Below, one piece after another: positions 10,050-19,744 of a DNA stretch of 64,000 bases. The DNA is from Anaerolineales bacterium (GTDB lineage Bacteria > Chloroflexota > Anaerolineae > UBA1429), in contig JBKHJO010000008.1 in the NCBI GenBank assembly GCA_046538105.1, forward strand, positions 79 to 64,078, read 5' to 3'. Position 1 is the stretch's first letter; every line of letters starts with the position of its first letter. The notes below the pieces were generated by a model. The model was not told where the DNA came from and did not search any database. It saw only the letters and a list, made by a program, of their open reading frames with translations. A program made the translations under genes and the position numbers.

Positions 10050-10095
10050 TAGAAACATATGGGCTCGTTGTTGATGTCTTGTAGAGTGTGAAGGG

Positions 10096-11418
10096 ATGAT
10101 ATCTTTCTACCTGACGAGTCTGGGATGCAAATTGAATCAGGCCGAGGTCGAATCCCTGAGCAGGCGTGCCGAGGCATTGGGGCACGAGGTGGTGGCCTAC
10201 CCGCAGGACGCCGATTGGGCCATCGTTAACACATGCACGGTGACCCACGTGGCGGCGCGAAAATCCCGCCAGTTGATACGCGGTTTGCATAGGGAGAATG
10301 AGGGGCTCAAGGTGGCCGTGACGGGCTGCTATGCCGAGATATCGCCCCAGGAACTGAAAGACATCGAGGGTGTGGATTTGGTGGTGTCCAATGCCCACAA
10401 GGACAAGATCGTGGAGTGCATCCTCTCCCAGGAAGGCGAGGAATGGCCTCAGGTTACGACCGCGGCCGCGCGTCCCCCTTGGCGATTGGAGCACGGACAC
10501 ACGCGGGCCTTTGTCAAGATTCAGGATGGTTGTGATCAGCACTGCGCCTACTGCATCGTGACCATCGCCCGCGGGCCCTCCGTAAGCCGTCCCCCCGACG
10601 AGGTAGTGGGGGAAGTGGCACTGCGGATCGAGGAGGGCTATAACGAGGTCGTCCTGACCGGTGTCAATATTGATGCCTATGGCCGCGACCGTGTGGGCGA
10701 GGCCCCTTTTCTCAAGGAGGATTGGTCCTTGGCAAGGTTGGTGCGTACCATACTCGAGCGCACCGACATTCCTCGACTGCGGCTTTCGTCCCTCGAGCCC
10801 TGGGACATGATGCCCGAGATTCTGGGGCTCTGGCCGGATGAGCGCCTCTGCCGTCACCTCCACCTCTCCCTGCAGAGCGGCTGCGACGAGACGCTACGAC
10901 GCATGGGGCGACAGTACACCACGGCGGATTTCGCCCGCTTTATGCGGAGTATCAGGTGCAGGATTCCAGAGGTCTCGATCACCAGCGAGGTCATCGTGGG
11001 GTTCCCGGGGGAGACGGAGGAGGAATTCGCGGAAAGCGCGGCGTTTATCGAGCGCATGGGCTTTGCGCGGCTTCACGTCTTTCGCTATTCGCCCCGAGAG
11101 GGTACCCGAGCCGCCGAGATGTCCGATCAGGTGGATCCCCGCGTTGCCAAGGCGAGGAGCAAGTGTCTCAGGGACCTTGGGCGACGGATGACCCTCGATT
11201 TCCATCGCCGCTTCGTGCACCGGGACGTGGAGGTGCTGTTCGAATCACGCTATCGCGAGGAGGATGCAGTCAAGTGGAGCGGGCTCACCGACAACTACCT
11301 TCGCGTGACGGTGCCCAGCGAGGAGGATCTGGAGAATACCTTTGGCATCGTGCATTGTCTACGGGCCGATGAGGAAGGGCTGGAGGGAGAGTTCGTCACG
11401 CGCGGGTGGACGGAGTAG
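10096..11418 (+). CDS. mtaB: tRNA (N6-L-threonylcarbamoyladenosine37-C2)-methylthiotransferase MtaB
   Basis: 440 aa ORF. The UPF0004 N-domain reads LTSLGCKLNQAEVESL...IVNTCTVT. The radical-SAM motif is CDQHCAYCIV. A C-terminal TRAM-like region is present. Confidence 0.8.
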   Translation: MISFYLTSLGCKLNQAEVESLSRRAEALGHEVVAYPQDADWAIVNTCTVTHVAARKSRQLIRGLHRENEGLKVAVTGCYAEISPQELKDIEGVDLVVSNAHKDKIVECILSQEGEEWPQVTTAAARPPWRLEHGHTRAFVKIQDGCDQHCAYCIVTIARGPSVSRPPDEVVGEVALRIEEGYNEVVLTGVNIDAYGRDRVGEAPFLKEDWSLARLVRTILERTDIPRLRLSSLEPWDMMPEILGLWPDERLCRHLHLSLQSGCDETLRRMGRQYTTADFARFMRSIRCRIPEVSITSEVIVGFPGETEEEFAESAAFIERMGFARLHVFRYSPREGTRAAEMSDQVDPRVAKARSKCLRDLGRRMTLDFHRRFVHRDVEVLFESRYREEDAVKWSGLTDNYLRVTVPSEEDLENTFGIVHCLRADEEGLEGEFVTRGWTE

Positions 11419-11488
11419 GGGTACATACTTGGGCACGCTGTTTCCATATACTATAATCAGGTGAGTTATCCTATTATGAGGTTATTTC

Positions 11489-12655
11489 GTGAGCGAATAT
11501 TGCTTTCAAACGTCGAATCGTCCCGAGGCAGATCTGACAGGACCAGGGAAACAATCCTGGCGACGAGTAGTGGTCAAGGTGGGCACGAGCACCTTGACCG
11601 CAGAGTCGGATCGCCTCAACCCACCCCGCATGGTCGATCTGGTGCGGCAACTCTCCCAACTGCGCGACGGCGGGGCGGATGTGGTGCTGGTCTCCTCGGG
11701 TGCGCAGCAGGCGGGGCGGGAGCGGCTGGGGTATCCTGCGGAACAGAAAAGTATCCCCTTCAAACAGATGTTGGCGGCTGTCGGTCAGGGGCGCCTTATG
11801 CACCTGTGGGAGCAGTACTTTGATCTCTATGGCATCGTCGTGGCCCAGGTTCTACTCACGCGCCAGGACATCGAGGATCGGCAGCGCTATCTGAACGCCA
11901 GGGATACGTTTGAAAGCCTGTTGGCGCGAGGGATCGTGCCGGTCGTTAACGAGAATGACGCCGTCGCCACCGAGGAGATCAAGGTGGGCGAGAACGATAC
12001 CTTGTCTGCCATGGTGGCCAACGTGATCGAGGCCGATCTGCTCGTGCTCTTGACGGATATCGACGGCCTGTACACGGCGGATCCCAGCGCGACGCCCGAC
12101 GCCGAACTTGTGGAACGTGTGGACAGGATCGACGAGGGGCTCTATGACCTGGCCAAGGGCACCGGATCCGAACTGGGCACTGGAGGTATGTATACCAAAA
12201 TCCTGGCCGCCGACATGGCCATGCGCTGTGGGACCTCGGTGGTCATCGCTAACGGTGGCCGTGAAAACGTGCTCTCGGGCATATGGTCACGGACGGTTCC
12301 GGCCACGTGGTTCCCGTCACACATCACCCCCACAGAGGGACGCAAGCGATGGCTGTTGGCCCAGTCGGTCACGGCGGGCAGCGTGATCGTCGACGAGGGG
12401 GCGGCAAAGGCCATCATGGAGGCGGGGAGGAGCCTGCTGCCCGTGGGCATCGTGCGGGTGGAGGGAGATTTCGAGCGTGGAGCCGTTATCAGCGTGCGGC
12501 GACTGAATGGAGAGGAGATCGCTCGGGGGCTCGCCAATTATGGTGCGGAGGATCTGCGTCAGATTCTGGGCCAGCAGTCGGAGGATATCAGTAGTATTCT
12601 GGGATATGACTATGGCCCCGAGTTCATTCACCGTGACAAACTGGCGCTGCTTTGA
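11489..12655 (+). CDS. proB: Glutamate 5-kinase (with C-terminal PUA domain)
   Basis: 388 aa ORF with a GTG start. Conserved blocks are VVVKVGTSTL, VLVSSGA and VPVVNENDAV. A PUA tail follows. Confidence 0.88.
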   Translation: MSEYCFQTSNRPEADLTGPGKQSWRRVVVKVGTSTLTAESDRLNPPRMVDLVRQLSQLRDGGADVVLVSSGAQQAGRERLGYPAEQKSIPFKQMLAAVGQGRLMHLWEQYFDLYGIVVAQVLLTRQDIEDRQRYLNARDTFESLLARGIVPVVNENDAVATEEIKVGENDTLSAMVANVIEADLLVLLTDIDGLYTADPSATPDAELVERVDRIDEGLYDLAKGTGSELGTGGMYTKILAADMAMRCGTSVVIANGGRENVLSGIWSRTVPATWFPSHITPTEGRKRWLLAQSVTAGSVIVDEGAAKAIMEAGRSLLPVGIVRVEGDFERGAVISVRRLNGEEIARGLANYGAEDLRQILGQQSEDISSILGYDYGPEFIHRDKLALL

Positions 12656-12704
12656 GTTGATATGCGATGGGTTATAGTTCTGGCTCGTGGAAAAGGAGGA
12701 TGGG

Positions 12705-13973
12705 ATGGCAGAAGTGAATTTGCGGGATATGGCACAGGAAGCCAGGGAGGCGGCACACGAGTTGGGCCTGCTGCCCAGCGGCGTGCGGGACGGCGTCCTG
12801 GAAGAGATTGCACGGCGTCTGGATGACGTGGGGAGCGAACTGTGGGAGGCCAACGGGGCCGACGTGGCTGAGGCTAAGGAGACTGGTGTGGCCGAGCCCC
12901 TTGTGGACCGCTCCACGCTCACGCCCGGGAAGGTTGCGGGCATGGCCCAGGGCTGTCGTGATGTGGCCGCCTTGGAGGACCCGCTGGGCAAGGTCTTTGA
13001 CGGCAAGACACTGCCCAACGGCATGTATGTAGCCAAAAAGCGGGTACCCCTTGGCCTGCTGGGGGTGATCTTTGAGTCGCGTCCCAACGTCACCATCGAC
13101 ATCGGTGCCCTGTGCATCAAGACAGGGAACGGCGTCATCATGCGTGGGGGCAAGGAGAGTCTGCGCACGAATATCGTGCTGGTCGACCTGATAAACGATG
13201 CCTGTCGGGCCAGCGGCGTTCCCGCTGACGCCGTGCAGTTGATCAGCTCCACGGATCGCTCTCTGGTACCCGAACTGTTGGGCATGGATGATCTCATCGA
13301 TCTTGTCATTCCCCGCGGTGGGCCGGGTCTGCAGGGGCTGGTGCGGGAGCATGCCAGGATGCCCGTGGTGTATGGCGGCATCGGCGTCTGCCACCTCTAT
13401 GTGGATGCCTCGGCAGATGTGGAGCGATCCATCCCCGTCATCCATAACGCCAAGACCCAGGCCCCCTCAGTGTGTAACGCCCTGGACACCGTGCTCGTGC
13501 ACCGGGATGCCGTCGATGACCTGGTGCCTCCCATGGTGGCGGCATTGAACGAGGATGGTGTCAAGGTGTTGTGCGACGAACCGTCCATGCGCACCCTTGA
13601 GGGGGGAGATACGGGTCTTGTGGAGTCAGCCGGCGAGGACGACTATGGCCAAGAGTTCCTCTCCCTGGTGCTTTCCGTCAAGGTGGTGGATTCCTTTGAC
13701 GAGGCCATCGCCCACATCGCCAAATATGGCACCAATCACTCCGACGGCATCCTGACCAACGACTATGACAACGCCATGCGCTTCCTGAACGCCGTGGATT
13801 CGGCGGCGACCTACGTCAACGCCAGCACCCGTTTTACCGACGGCGGGCAGTTTGGGTTGGGCGCCGAGGTGGCCATCAGCACACAGCGTATGCACGCCCG
13901 CGGTCCCATGGGGCCCGAGGAACTGACCACCTACAAGTGGATCATCCAGGGCGACTACCACGTGCGCGACTAA
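12705..13973 (+). CDS. proA: Gamma-glutamyl phosphate reductase
   Basis: The ORF track starts at a GTG at 12687. The ATG at 12705 has AAGGAGG 5 nt upstream. Aldehyde dehydrogenase fold with the ProA-typical GAEVAISTQRMHARGPMG C-terminal block. Confidence 0.88.
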   Translation: MAEVNLRDMAQEAREAAHELGLLPSGVRDGVLEEIARRLDDVGSELWEANGADVAEAKETGVAEPLVDRSTLTPGKVAGMAQGCRDVAALEDPLGKVFDGKTLPNGMYVAKKRVPLGLLGVIFESRPNVTIDIGALCIKTGNGVIMRGGKESLRTNIVLVDLINDACRASGVPADAVQLISSTDRSLVPELLGMDDLIDLVIPRGGPGLQGLVREHARMPVVYGGIGVCHLYVDASADVERSIPVIHNAKTQAPSVCNALDTVLVHRDAVDDLVPPMVAALNEDGVKVLCDEPSMRTLEGGDTGLVESAGEDDYGQEFLSLVLSVKVVDSFDEAIAHIAKYGTNHSDGILTNDYDNAMRFLNAVDSAATYVNASTRFTDGGQFGLGAEVAISTQRMHARGPMGPEELTTYKWIIQGDYHVRD

Positions 13974-13989
13974 GGAGAGGAGGGTGATA

Positions 13990-15372
13990 ATGTCTACGAT
14001 TAGCGAACCTGCACGGAAGACGCCGGTCGTCGCGCAGGCGGACGTGGTTGTGGTGGGTGGCGGGCCGGGGGGATTTCCTGCCGCCGTCGCGGCGGCCCGC
14101 CATGGGGCCAAGACCCTGCTCATTGAGCGCTACGGTTTCATGGGGGGCCTGGCCACGGCCGGCCTGGTGGCTCCCATGCTGGCACACACGGCCTCCGACA
14201 GCGACACGCCCATCGTGGAGGGCATCCTGCGTGAAACCACCGAGCGGATGCACGCTATCGGCGGCGCGCCGGCGTGGGAACAGACCCTGCAGGAGTGGGG
14301 CATCCGTTTCGACGCCGAGGCTCTGAAGGTGGTCATCGACGAGATGTGCCAGGAGGCGGGGGTGGAGGTGATGCTCCATACCCTGGTCACGGACGTGGTG
14401 CACGAGGGGGATTCGATCCAGGCCGTCATCGTGGAGAACAAGTCGGGCCGTGGCGCAGTGACGGGGAAGGTGTTCATCGATGCCACCGGAGACGCCGATG
14501 TGGCGGATCGCGCTGGCGCGGCCACCCGTCATGGCCGTTGCTTCGACAATCGGGTCGAATCCATGGGCTCGTTCATACACCTGGCCGGGTTCGAGGAGAT
14601 AGACGACGACCGCGCCCAGGAACTGCGCGAGCAGATCGAACACGAGATGGCCGACGGCCGCTTTCACTTTTACAACGCCGGCTTTTTGGGGCGCAACACG
14701 TACCATCAGGATCACACGGCGGCCAATATGACCCGCTATGGGGGGGACCCGGTTGATGCCTCCGACATGACCGAGGCGGAGTTGAGCATCCGCCAGGACG
14801 TGTGGGAACTGGTGCGCTATCTGCGGGCGAATGTCCCCGAGTTTGCCGATTGCTATGTGCAGCAGACGTCGCCTCAGGCGGGGCCGCGCGAAAGTCGCCA
14901 GATCGTGGGGCCCTACGCCCTGACCGGCGAGGACGTGCACCGGGGAAACAAATTTGAGGACGGCATCGCCCGTGGGTCGTGGTGGATCGATATACACTGC
15001 CCCCTGGGCAACGCCTATCCCGTGCATCTCTGTGTGGTGGAATGCCTTAAGGGCGCCGATTGTCCCTATTGGGCGGCGGAACACGAGAATATGCGCTCGC
15101 GAGAAGATCTGCGTCCGCCGGAAGGCGATTGGTACGACATCCCCTACCGCTCCCTCCTGTCTGTGGATGTGCCCAACCTGCTGGCCTCGGGGCGCTGCAT
15201 CTCTGCCACCCACGAGGGGATGGCGGGGGCGCGCGTCATGGCTACCTGTGTGGCCATCGGTCAGGCGGCGGGCACGGCCGCTGCGCTGGCCGTCAACGAG
15301 GGCGTTGCTCCCGCAGAGATAGATGTGCAGGGGCTTAGGAAACAGTTGCGGGAGGATGGGCAGCTGGTGTAG
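13990..15372 (+). CDS. FAD-dependent oxidoreductase (PF12831-like), paralog B
   Basis: 460 aa ORF. The Rossmann motif is VVVVGGGPGGFPAAVAAARHGAKTLLIER. The C-terminal GQAAGTAAALA motif matches paralog A at 1149-2687. GGAGAGGAGG lies just upstream. The start is only 10-16 nt after the proA stop. Confidence 0.75.
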   Translation: MSTISEPARKTPVVAQADVVVVGGGPGGFPAAVAAARHGAKTLLIERYGFMGGLATAGLVAPMLAHTASDSDTPIVEGILRETTERMHAIGGAPAWEQTLQEWGIRFDAEALKVVIDEMCQEAGVEVMLHTLVTDVVHEGDSIQAVIVENKSGRGAVTGKVFIDATGDADVADRAGAATRHGRCFDNRVESMGSFIHLAGFEEIDDDRAQELREQIEHEMADGRFHFYNAGFLGRNTYHQDHTAANMTRYGGDPVDASDMTEAELSIRQDVWELVRYLRANVPEFADCYVQQTSPQAGPRESRQIVGPYALTGEDVHRGNKFEDGIARGSWWIDIHCPLGNAYPVHLCVVECLKGADCPYWAAEHENMRSREDLRPPEGDWYDIPYRSLLSVDVPNLLASGRCISATHEGMAGARVMATCVAIGQAAGTAAALAVNEGVAPAEIDVQGLRKQLREDGQLV

Positions 15373-15459
15373 GAAAAGTAGGTTGAGCGGCTCTCCGATA
15401 TAAGTGCGAGCCTTTTCGTATCCGTGCGTGAGAGACTGATCGACGAATGAGCGGTCGCT

Positions 15460-16467
15460 CTAGATAAACGGTCTGCGATCCAGCACCAGTTTGAGAGGTC
15501 GTTCCGTCAGGATCGTGCCTGGCAGGGCGCGCTGGATCTCTGCCAGGGTGCACACGCTGCCAAAGAGGCCGTGAAGATCGTTGAGCCCCTCGTCCTTCTC
15601 CTTGTCGAGCCCTTGTAGATAGGGAACATAGCGTTCGGCAAAATCGGTCAGGGCTTCTTGACACTCATCAAAGCGATATCCCGTCTGTCGTAGGCTCCTC
15701 GTCAGGCAATAGGTCCAGTCGATCTCGGCAAAGCCGACCCGTTCTCCCAGCGGATAGATCTGACGATCCCAGATCTCCAGGCAAGAGTCGACCATGGCCT
15801 TCGGATAGCGCAAGGGGCGCCGCGCATACTCGTGGTTGAACAGGTAGTGAAAGGTCCCCGCCAGATGCGGGAATATGGATACCGAATCGCCGTGCGAAAC
15901 GGGCGCCACGTGTCCCTTGCGTAGAAACCCACTCGCTGGGTCCCACGCCTCCCAGAGCCAGGAAAAATAGGCCTCTTGCCAGGCAAAGGCTGCCTCGTCG
16001 GTCAGTACCAGGGACACGTATATCCCCGCTCCTTGGTGTGATGCGCTCCAGGGATTTTGCTCCCAGTCCAGATTCTCTAAAAAGTCGGTCATCTTGGCGA
16101 TGTCCCGCAAAGGAGCCAGGGATCGCAGCGGATGCACTGGGCGGGCATCAAAGAGTTCCAGGGCCGCGACGCAGTGCGCTGTGGTGTGGATCTCATGGTG
16201 CGTCGGCTCGTGAAAGAGACCCGACCCTTGATCCTGTAGGCCCTGTAGGGTCTCGATCCAACGTTCTCTCTTTTCTGGGGCTCCCGGGAAATGACCAATA
16301 GTGTACAGGATGTTGGCGGCGTCGGCGCAGCCGTAGGGGTTCAGGCCGAGGTCTCGATATCCCTCCTCATCTTCCCAGTTCCAGCGTCGGTAGGCGCCGT
16401 CGGTTCCCAAATTGTGGTTAGCGACGATCTCTTCGATTGCGCTGACGAATTCGCGGATGTCAAACAT
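15460..16467 (-). CDS. Hypothetical protein (335 aa), possibly an alpha/alpha-toroid fold
   Basis: The ORF track extends to 16815, but that N-terminal extension overlaps the upstream gene. The true start is the ATG at 16465-16467 (MFDIREFVSAIEEIV...) with GGAGGAGA upstream. No recognisable catalytic motif. Confidence 0.55.
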   Translation of the reverse strand: MFDIREFVSAIEEIVANHNLGTDGAYRRWNWEDEEGYRDLGLNPYGCADAANILYTIGHFPGAPEKRERWIETLQGLQDQGSGLFHEPTHHEIHTTAHCVAALELFDARPVHPLRSLAPLRDIAKMTDFLENLDWEQNPWSASHQGAGIYVSLVLTDEAAFAWQEAYFSWLWEAWDPASGFLRKGHVAPVSHGDSVSIFPHLAGTFHYLFNHEYARRPLRYPKAMVDSCLEIWDRQIYPLGERVGFAEIDWTYCLTRSLRQTGYRFDECQEALTDFAERYVPYLQGLDKEKDEGLNDLHGLFGSVCTLAEIQRALPGTILTERPLKLVLDRRPFI

Positions 16468-16483
16468 CTCTCCTCCCGGAGTT

Positions 16484-18376
16484 CTACTCCAGCATATCCT
16501 GCAGAAGAGTGCCTGTGCTGTTGTGTGGTCCCCGACATCTGAGAAGGTGGGCGATGGTGGGCGCGGGGTCGCACATGCGGGCGGGTCCCAGGGCCTCCTC
16601 GTCGCGGCGGTAGCCTTGGCGCACGCCGGGTCCCCAGAGGGCAAACATGCCCATATTGGTCCACAGTCCCCGTGCCGCCGTGGGTACCTGGGGACCGTGA
16701 TTGACGCTGGGGATCCCGGTGCAGGCGATGGATTGACCGGCGGGCAGTTCGCCCCACACGAACCCCTCGTTGTAGATGAACTGTACGTCTCCAGCGGCCT
16801 TTCCCCAGTAACCAAGTAGGGTGGCGTCCCGCCTTGTGAGCGCCAGGGCCACGGCGCGCTGGCCTGTCTCTGGGGCCCGCCAGCTCAGGAGGGCCTCGAT
16901 GATCTCTCGCTGCACGTCCTCGTATTCGTCCGCCTGGACGGTGCCTTGGGGCTCTCGGCCCGCCAGGTTCACGAACACCTCGGAGGCGGAACGGCCCGGA
17001 CGGATATAGGCCTTGGTCTCGGACCAATTCACCGTGGGGCGCCCCTCTTGCTCTTCAATCGTCAGTAGTCCCTTTTCCTGGAGAAGATTATAGATATCGC
17101 AGGTGACGCGGTTGACGGCCGCGCCGTGGTCGGAGGCCACGGCCACGACGGTGTCCTCATCTGCCATCCCCATAAATGCTCCCAGTATATCGTCAGCGAC
17201 GTCATAGATTGCCCTCAGAATATCCATGCTGACTTTTGTCTCACCGCCGCCATGATGGGGCGTGTTTGGGTCGGTGAAAGCCAGACATCCGTGGTGCGCT
17301 GCGTCCACTGGTCGGTAGACGGTCATAAAGAGATTGCGATCCTGTACCATCAAGCAGTGGCGGGCTGCCGCTGCCAACCACTCGCCCTCGTATCGTGCCT
17401 CCTCAATGGCCGTTCCCCAAAAGGGATCGCTGGGGCGAAGCTGAGCCGACGATCCGGAAGCATAAGGCCCGGCGATGTCAAGTAGCTCCTCCGCCATACT
17501 CGGGGGATTCACAAAGCCATTCTGTGGATAGATCTCCGAGTGACAGAGGGCGACCTCACGTTCCTGAGGACGGAATTCCAGCATCTTGAAGCGCACAAAA
17601 CCCTCCTCCCGGTCAAATGTCCAGGGGAGCCATTCGGTCCACTGCCCCTCGTGTAACTCGACGAGTACCTGGCCGCCGTCTTTTCCGTCACAAAGGTGGA
17701 TGCTGTCCTGCTTCTTACTGTCCTCAGCCTGCAGCAGGCCGATCTCGCGTGTCCTGGTGGAGCCGATCTCGCGGATGCAAAAGGACGTAGCTAACCACTT
17801 CCCTGGGGGCAGATTGCGCCAGTCGCCGGGAGGACCGGGGCGCGCTATGATGGGAGGCTGTGCGGGCGACCGCCCCCTGCGTTCCAGGGGAATCCACCCC
17901 GTGCGAGTGCCGGGGGGCTGCTGGTATTCCTCGGCCAGACCCGATGTCATATAGCGCGTGGGACGGGCCAGTGCTGTGGGGGGTAGGTTCGTGCCACTGC
18001 GGTCGGGGATGGCCACCACCCCCTGCCGGATGGAGGGAGGCCAACACATGGGATAGGCCATCACCACGCTGGATTGGCCGCAGCCTTCCGACGTCTCCCA
18101 CAAGCGTTCAGCGGGCTGAATCGCCTGTCGTACGTCCTCCGGCGTTTCCAGGCCTGAGACGTCAAGGCGGCCCTGCCAGGCCATGCCCGGGGGTGCGCCG
18201 CTGGCAAAAGCGTTCCAGTTGATGGGTCCCCAGGTGGAGACATAGGGCAGAACCTGGGTGAAGGCTCCCTCTCTAAACATGCGCGCAAAGTGGGGTAGGC
18301 GTCCTTCGCTCACAAACTCTTCTATCAAAGGCAGGATCAGACCATCTATGCCAAAGATGATAGCCCTCTCGGCCAT
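16484..18376 (-). CDS. Alkaline-phosphatase-superfamily protein (type I phosphodiesterase / nucleotide pyrophosphatase family, PF01663-like)
   Basis: The ORF track gives 669 aa. The probable start is the ATG at 18376 (MAERAIIFGIDGL...) with GAGAGGAG upstream. The N-terminal IIFGIDGL metal-site block and downstream DHG blocks are present. Confidence 0.65.
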   Translation of the reverse strand: MAERAIIFGIDGLILPLIEEFVSEGRLPHFARMFREGAFTQVLPYVSTWGPINWNAFASGAPPGMAWQGRLDVSGLETPEDVRQAIQPAERLWETSEGCGQSSVVMAYPMCWPPSIRQGVVAIPDRSGTNLPPTALARPTRYMTSGLAEEYQQPPGTRTGWIPLERRGRSPAQPPIIARPGPPGDWRNLPPGKWLATSFCIREIGSTRTREIGLLQAEDSKKQDSIHLCDGKDGGQVLVELHEGQWTEWLPWTFDREEGFVRFKMLEFRPQEREVALCHSEIYPQNGFVNPPSMAEELLDIAGPYASGSSAQLRPSDPFWGTAIEEARYEGEWLAAAARHCLMVQDRNLFMTVYRPVDAAHHGCLAFTDPNTPHHGGGETKVSMDILRAIYDVADDILGAFMGMADEDTVVAVASDHGAAVNRVTCDIYNLLQEKGLLTIEEQEGRPTVNWSETKAYIRPGRSASEVFVNLAGREPQGTVQADEYEDVQREIIEALLSWRAPETGQRAVALALTRRDATLLGYWGKAAGDVQFIYNEGFVWGELPAGQSIACTGIPSVNHGPQVPTAARGLWTNMGMFALWGPGVRQGYRRDEEALGPARMCDPAPTIAHLLRCRGPHNSTGTLLQDMLE

Positions 18377-18414
18377 TCTGCTCCTCTCTTGCTCCATACT
18401 TGCTGATCGAAATC

Positions 18415-19554
18415 TCAGATTCGGTGGTAAAAGGTGTGCACAGAGCGAGGTGGCTTGGGTTCCCCTGCCAGTTCCCGCGTCGTCTCGAACCATTCGCGCT
18501 GTACCACCGTTCCCTCGAACCAGTTCTCGCAGGGCACCCGTTGATGACTGCGTATCAGATTGCCCCAGGAGACGTGAGCGTCAAGGCAGACCTCCAGGTG
18601 TTCCAGGTCGCCTCCGGTGTCCTCTGCGTTTTCTTCAACGGCCTGGGTGTCCTCGTTGTAGACGATGGGCAGTGGCTTGCGCGCCAGAGCCTCTGTACGC
18701 TCGCGCAGGACGTCGATGGCCCCCGCTATCTCCTCTGTGGAACGTTTGTTCCCGTGAGGTAGAAGCAGGTCGACGGCCCGCATAAAGGAAGGTGGGATAT
18801 CACGGAGATTCTCGGGGGTGCAGAAACTGCCTGTGAAACTTGCCCCCACGAAAAAGACGCGCTCGTGCCCTCTGGCGTTATTATACAACGCCACGGTATC
18901 CTTGACATAGTAGATCATCTCGTGGATGTTTTGCATTTGCAGGGCGGGCCAGTATGCCGAGGCGTCGCATTCGTTGACCAGGTCGATGATGAGGCGGTCA
19001 TATCCCCGCTCCAGCAGCCAGTTCGTCGCATTTTCTATGGCCGTTCCAACGGCCTCCTCTCGAATGCGACGGTTACCCCCCTGATAAAAGTAGTTGACGA
19101 TGGGTACCATGTCCAATCTTTTGGCCTCATTTAGCACGCGACGCAGGCGCTGCATAAAGGCGGGACGCAGGGTCCCATCTGGATTAAAGGCTCCGCAGTC
19201 CAGATCGTGGGTGGAGAGCCCGTCGGGTGGTGGAGATGTGGGAAAGGGATTCCCACCCTGCAGACCGATGGTAAAGGCGATGACGCCGCATGCGCGCCAG
19301 TCGGACATGGCGTCCACGAATCGGTCTGTGTTGCGTTCTGGATCCCACTCCCCGGTGTCTGAATAGGCCCAGTCATCCCGACCGTCGCCGTCGTAATCGC
19401 GATCTTCGTTCAGGTCGTCCAATATTCCGTTGATCACGCGGTGATTCAGCAAGAGACCCGCCAGCCTCTCGTCAGCGTCCGGAAACCCTGTCCCCTTGGT
19501 GTACGTCCTCGCACCGTCCTGAATAAAGTTCTCGCCCACGATGGATAGATTCAT
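18415..19554 (-). CDS. Putative clan GH-A (GH5-like) glycoside hydrolase
   Basis: 379 aa ORF. A TIM-barrel-like periodicity is visible. The candidate catalytic acid block is IIDLVNECD. No signal peptide. Confidence 0.4.
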   Translation of the reverse strand: MNLSIVGENFIQDGARTYTKGTGFPDADERLAGLLLNHRVINGILDDLNEDRDYDGDGRDDWAYSDTGEWDPERNTDRFVDAMSDWRACGVIAFTIGLQGGNPFPTSPPPDGLSTHDLDCGAFNPDGTLRPAFMQRLRRVLNEAKRLDMVPIVNYFYQGGNRRIREEAVGTAIENATNWLLERGYDRLIIDLVNECDASAYWPALQMQNIHEMIYYVKDTVALYNNARGHERVFFVGASFTGSFCTPENLRDIPPSFMRAVDLLLPHGNKRSTEEIAGAIDVLRERTEALARKPLPIVYNEDTQAVEENAEDTGGDLEHLEVCLDAHVSWGNLIRSHQRVPCENWFEGTVVQREWFETTRELAGEPKPPRSVHTFYHRI

Positions 19555-19662
19555 ACCTCATTCCTTCCTTTCCGCCTCTTTTTTCTGCTGGGGTTAATGT
19601 TAGCACAAACGGAGGCAGGTTGGCAATCTGTAACCACGTTGACATTTGGGTGTGATGGACGC

Positions 19663-19691
19663 TTGACATCGTCGTATAGGACATGCACAAT
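19663..19691 (+). promoter_or_regulatory. Candidate sigma-70-type promoter for the Gfo/Idh/MocA-isomerase-HAD operon
   Basis: TTGACA (19663-19668), 17-nt spacer, CACAAT (19686-19691). A second TTGACAT copy lies 24 bp upstream at 19639-19645. Confidence 0.3.
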
Positions 19692-19744
19692 ATCTTTACA
19701 TGAGAAATTCACAATCTGTTAATTTCTAATGGGGAGGTATGGAT

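Noticed and set aside
10033-10863. 276-aa minus-strand ORF
   Set aside because: Antisense to mtaB.
12317-13381. 354-aa and 257-aa minus-strand ORFs (12317..13381 and 12672..13445)
   Set aside because: Antisense to proA, which is unambiguous. Ser/Thr/Pro/Arg-rich composition typical of GC-rich shadow frames.
13942-15213. 423-aa minus-strand ORF
   Set aside because: Antisense to FAD oxidoreductase paralog B. Low-complexity R/G/A/P-rich translation with no motifs.
16468-16815. N-terminal 116-aa extension of the 335-aa gene
   Set aside because: It overlaps the upstream phosphodiesterase gene in another frame. The ATG at 16467 has a strong RBS and begins the region with good coding texture.
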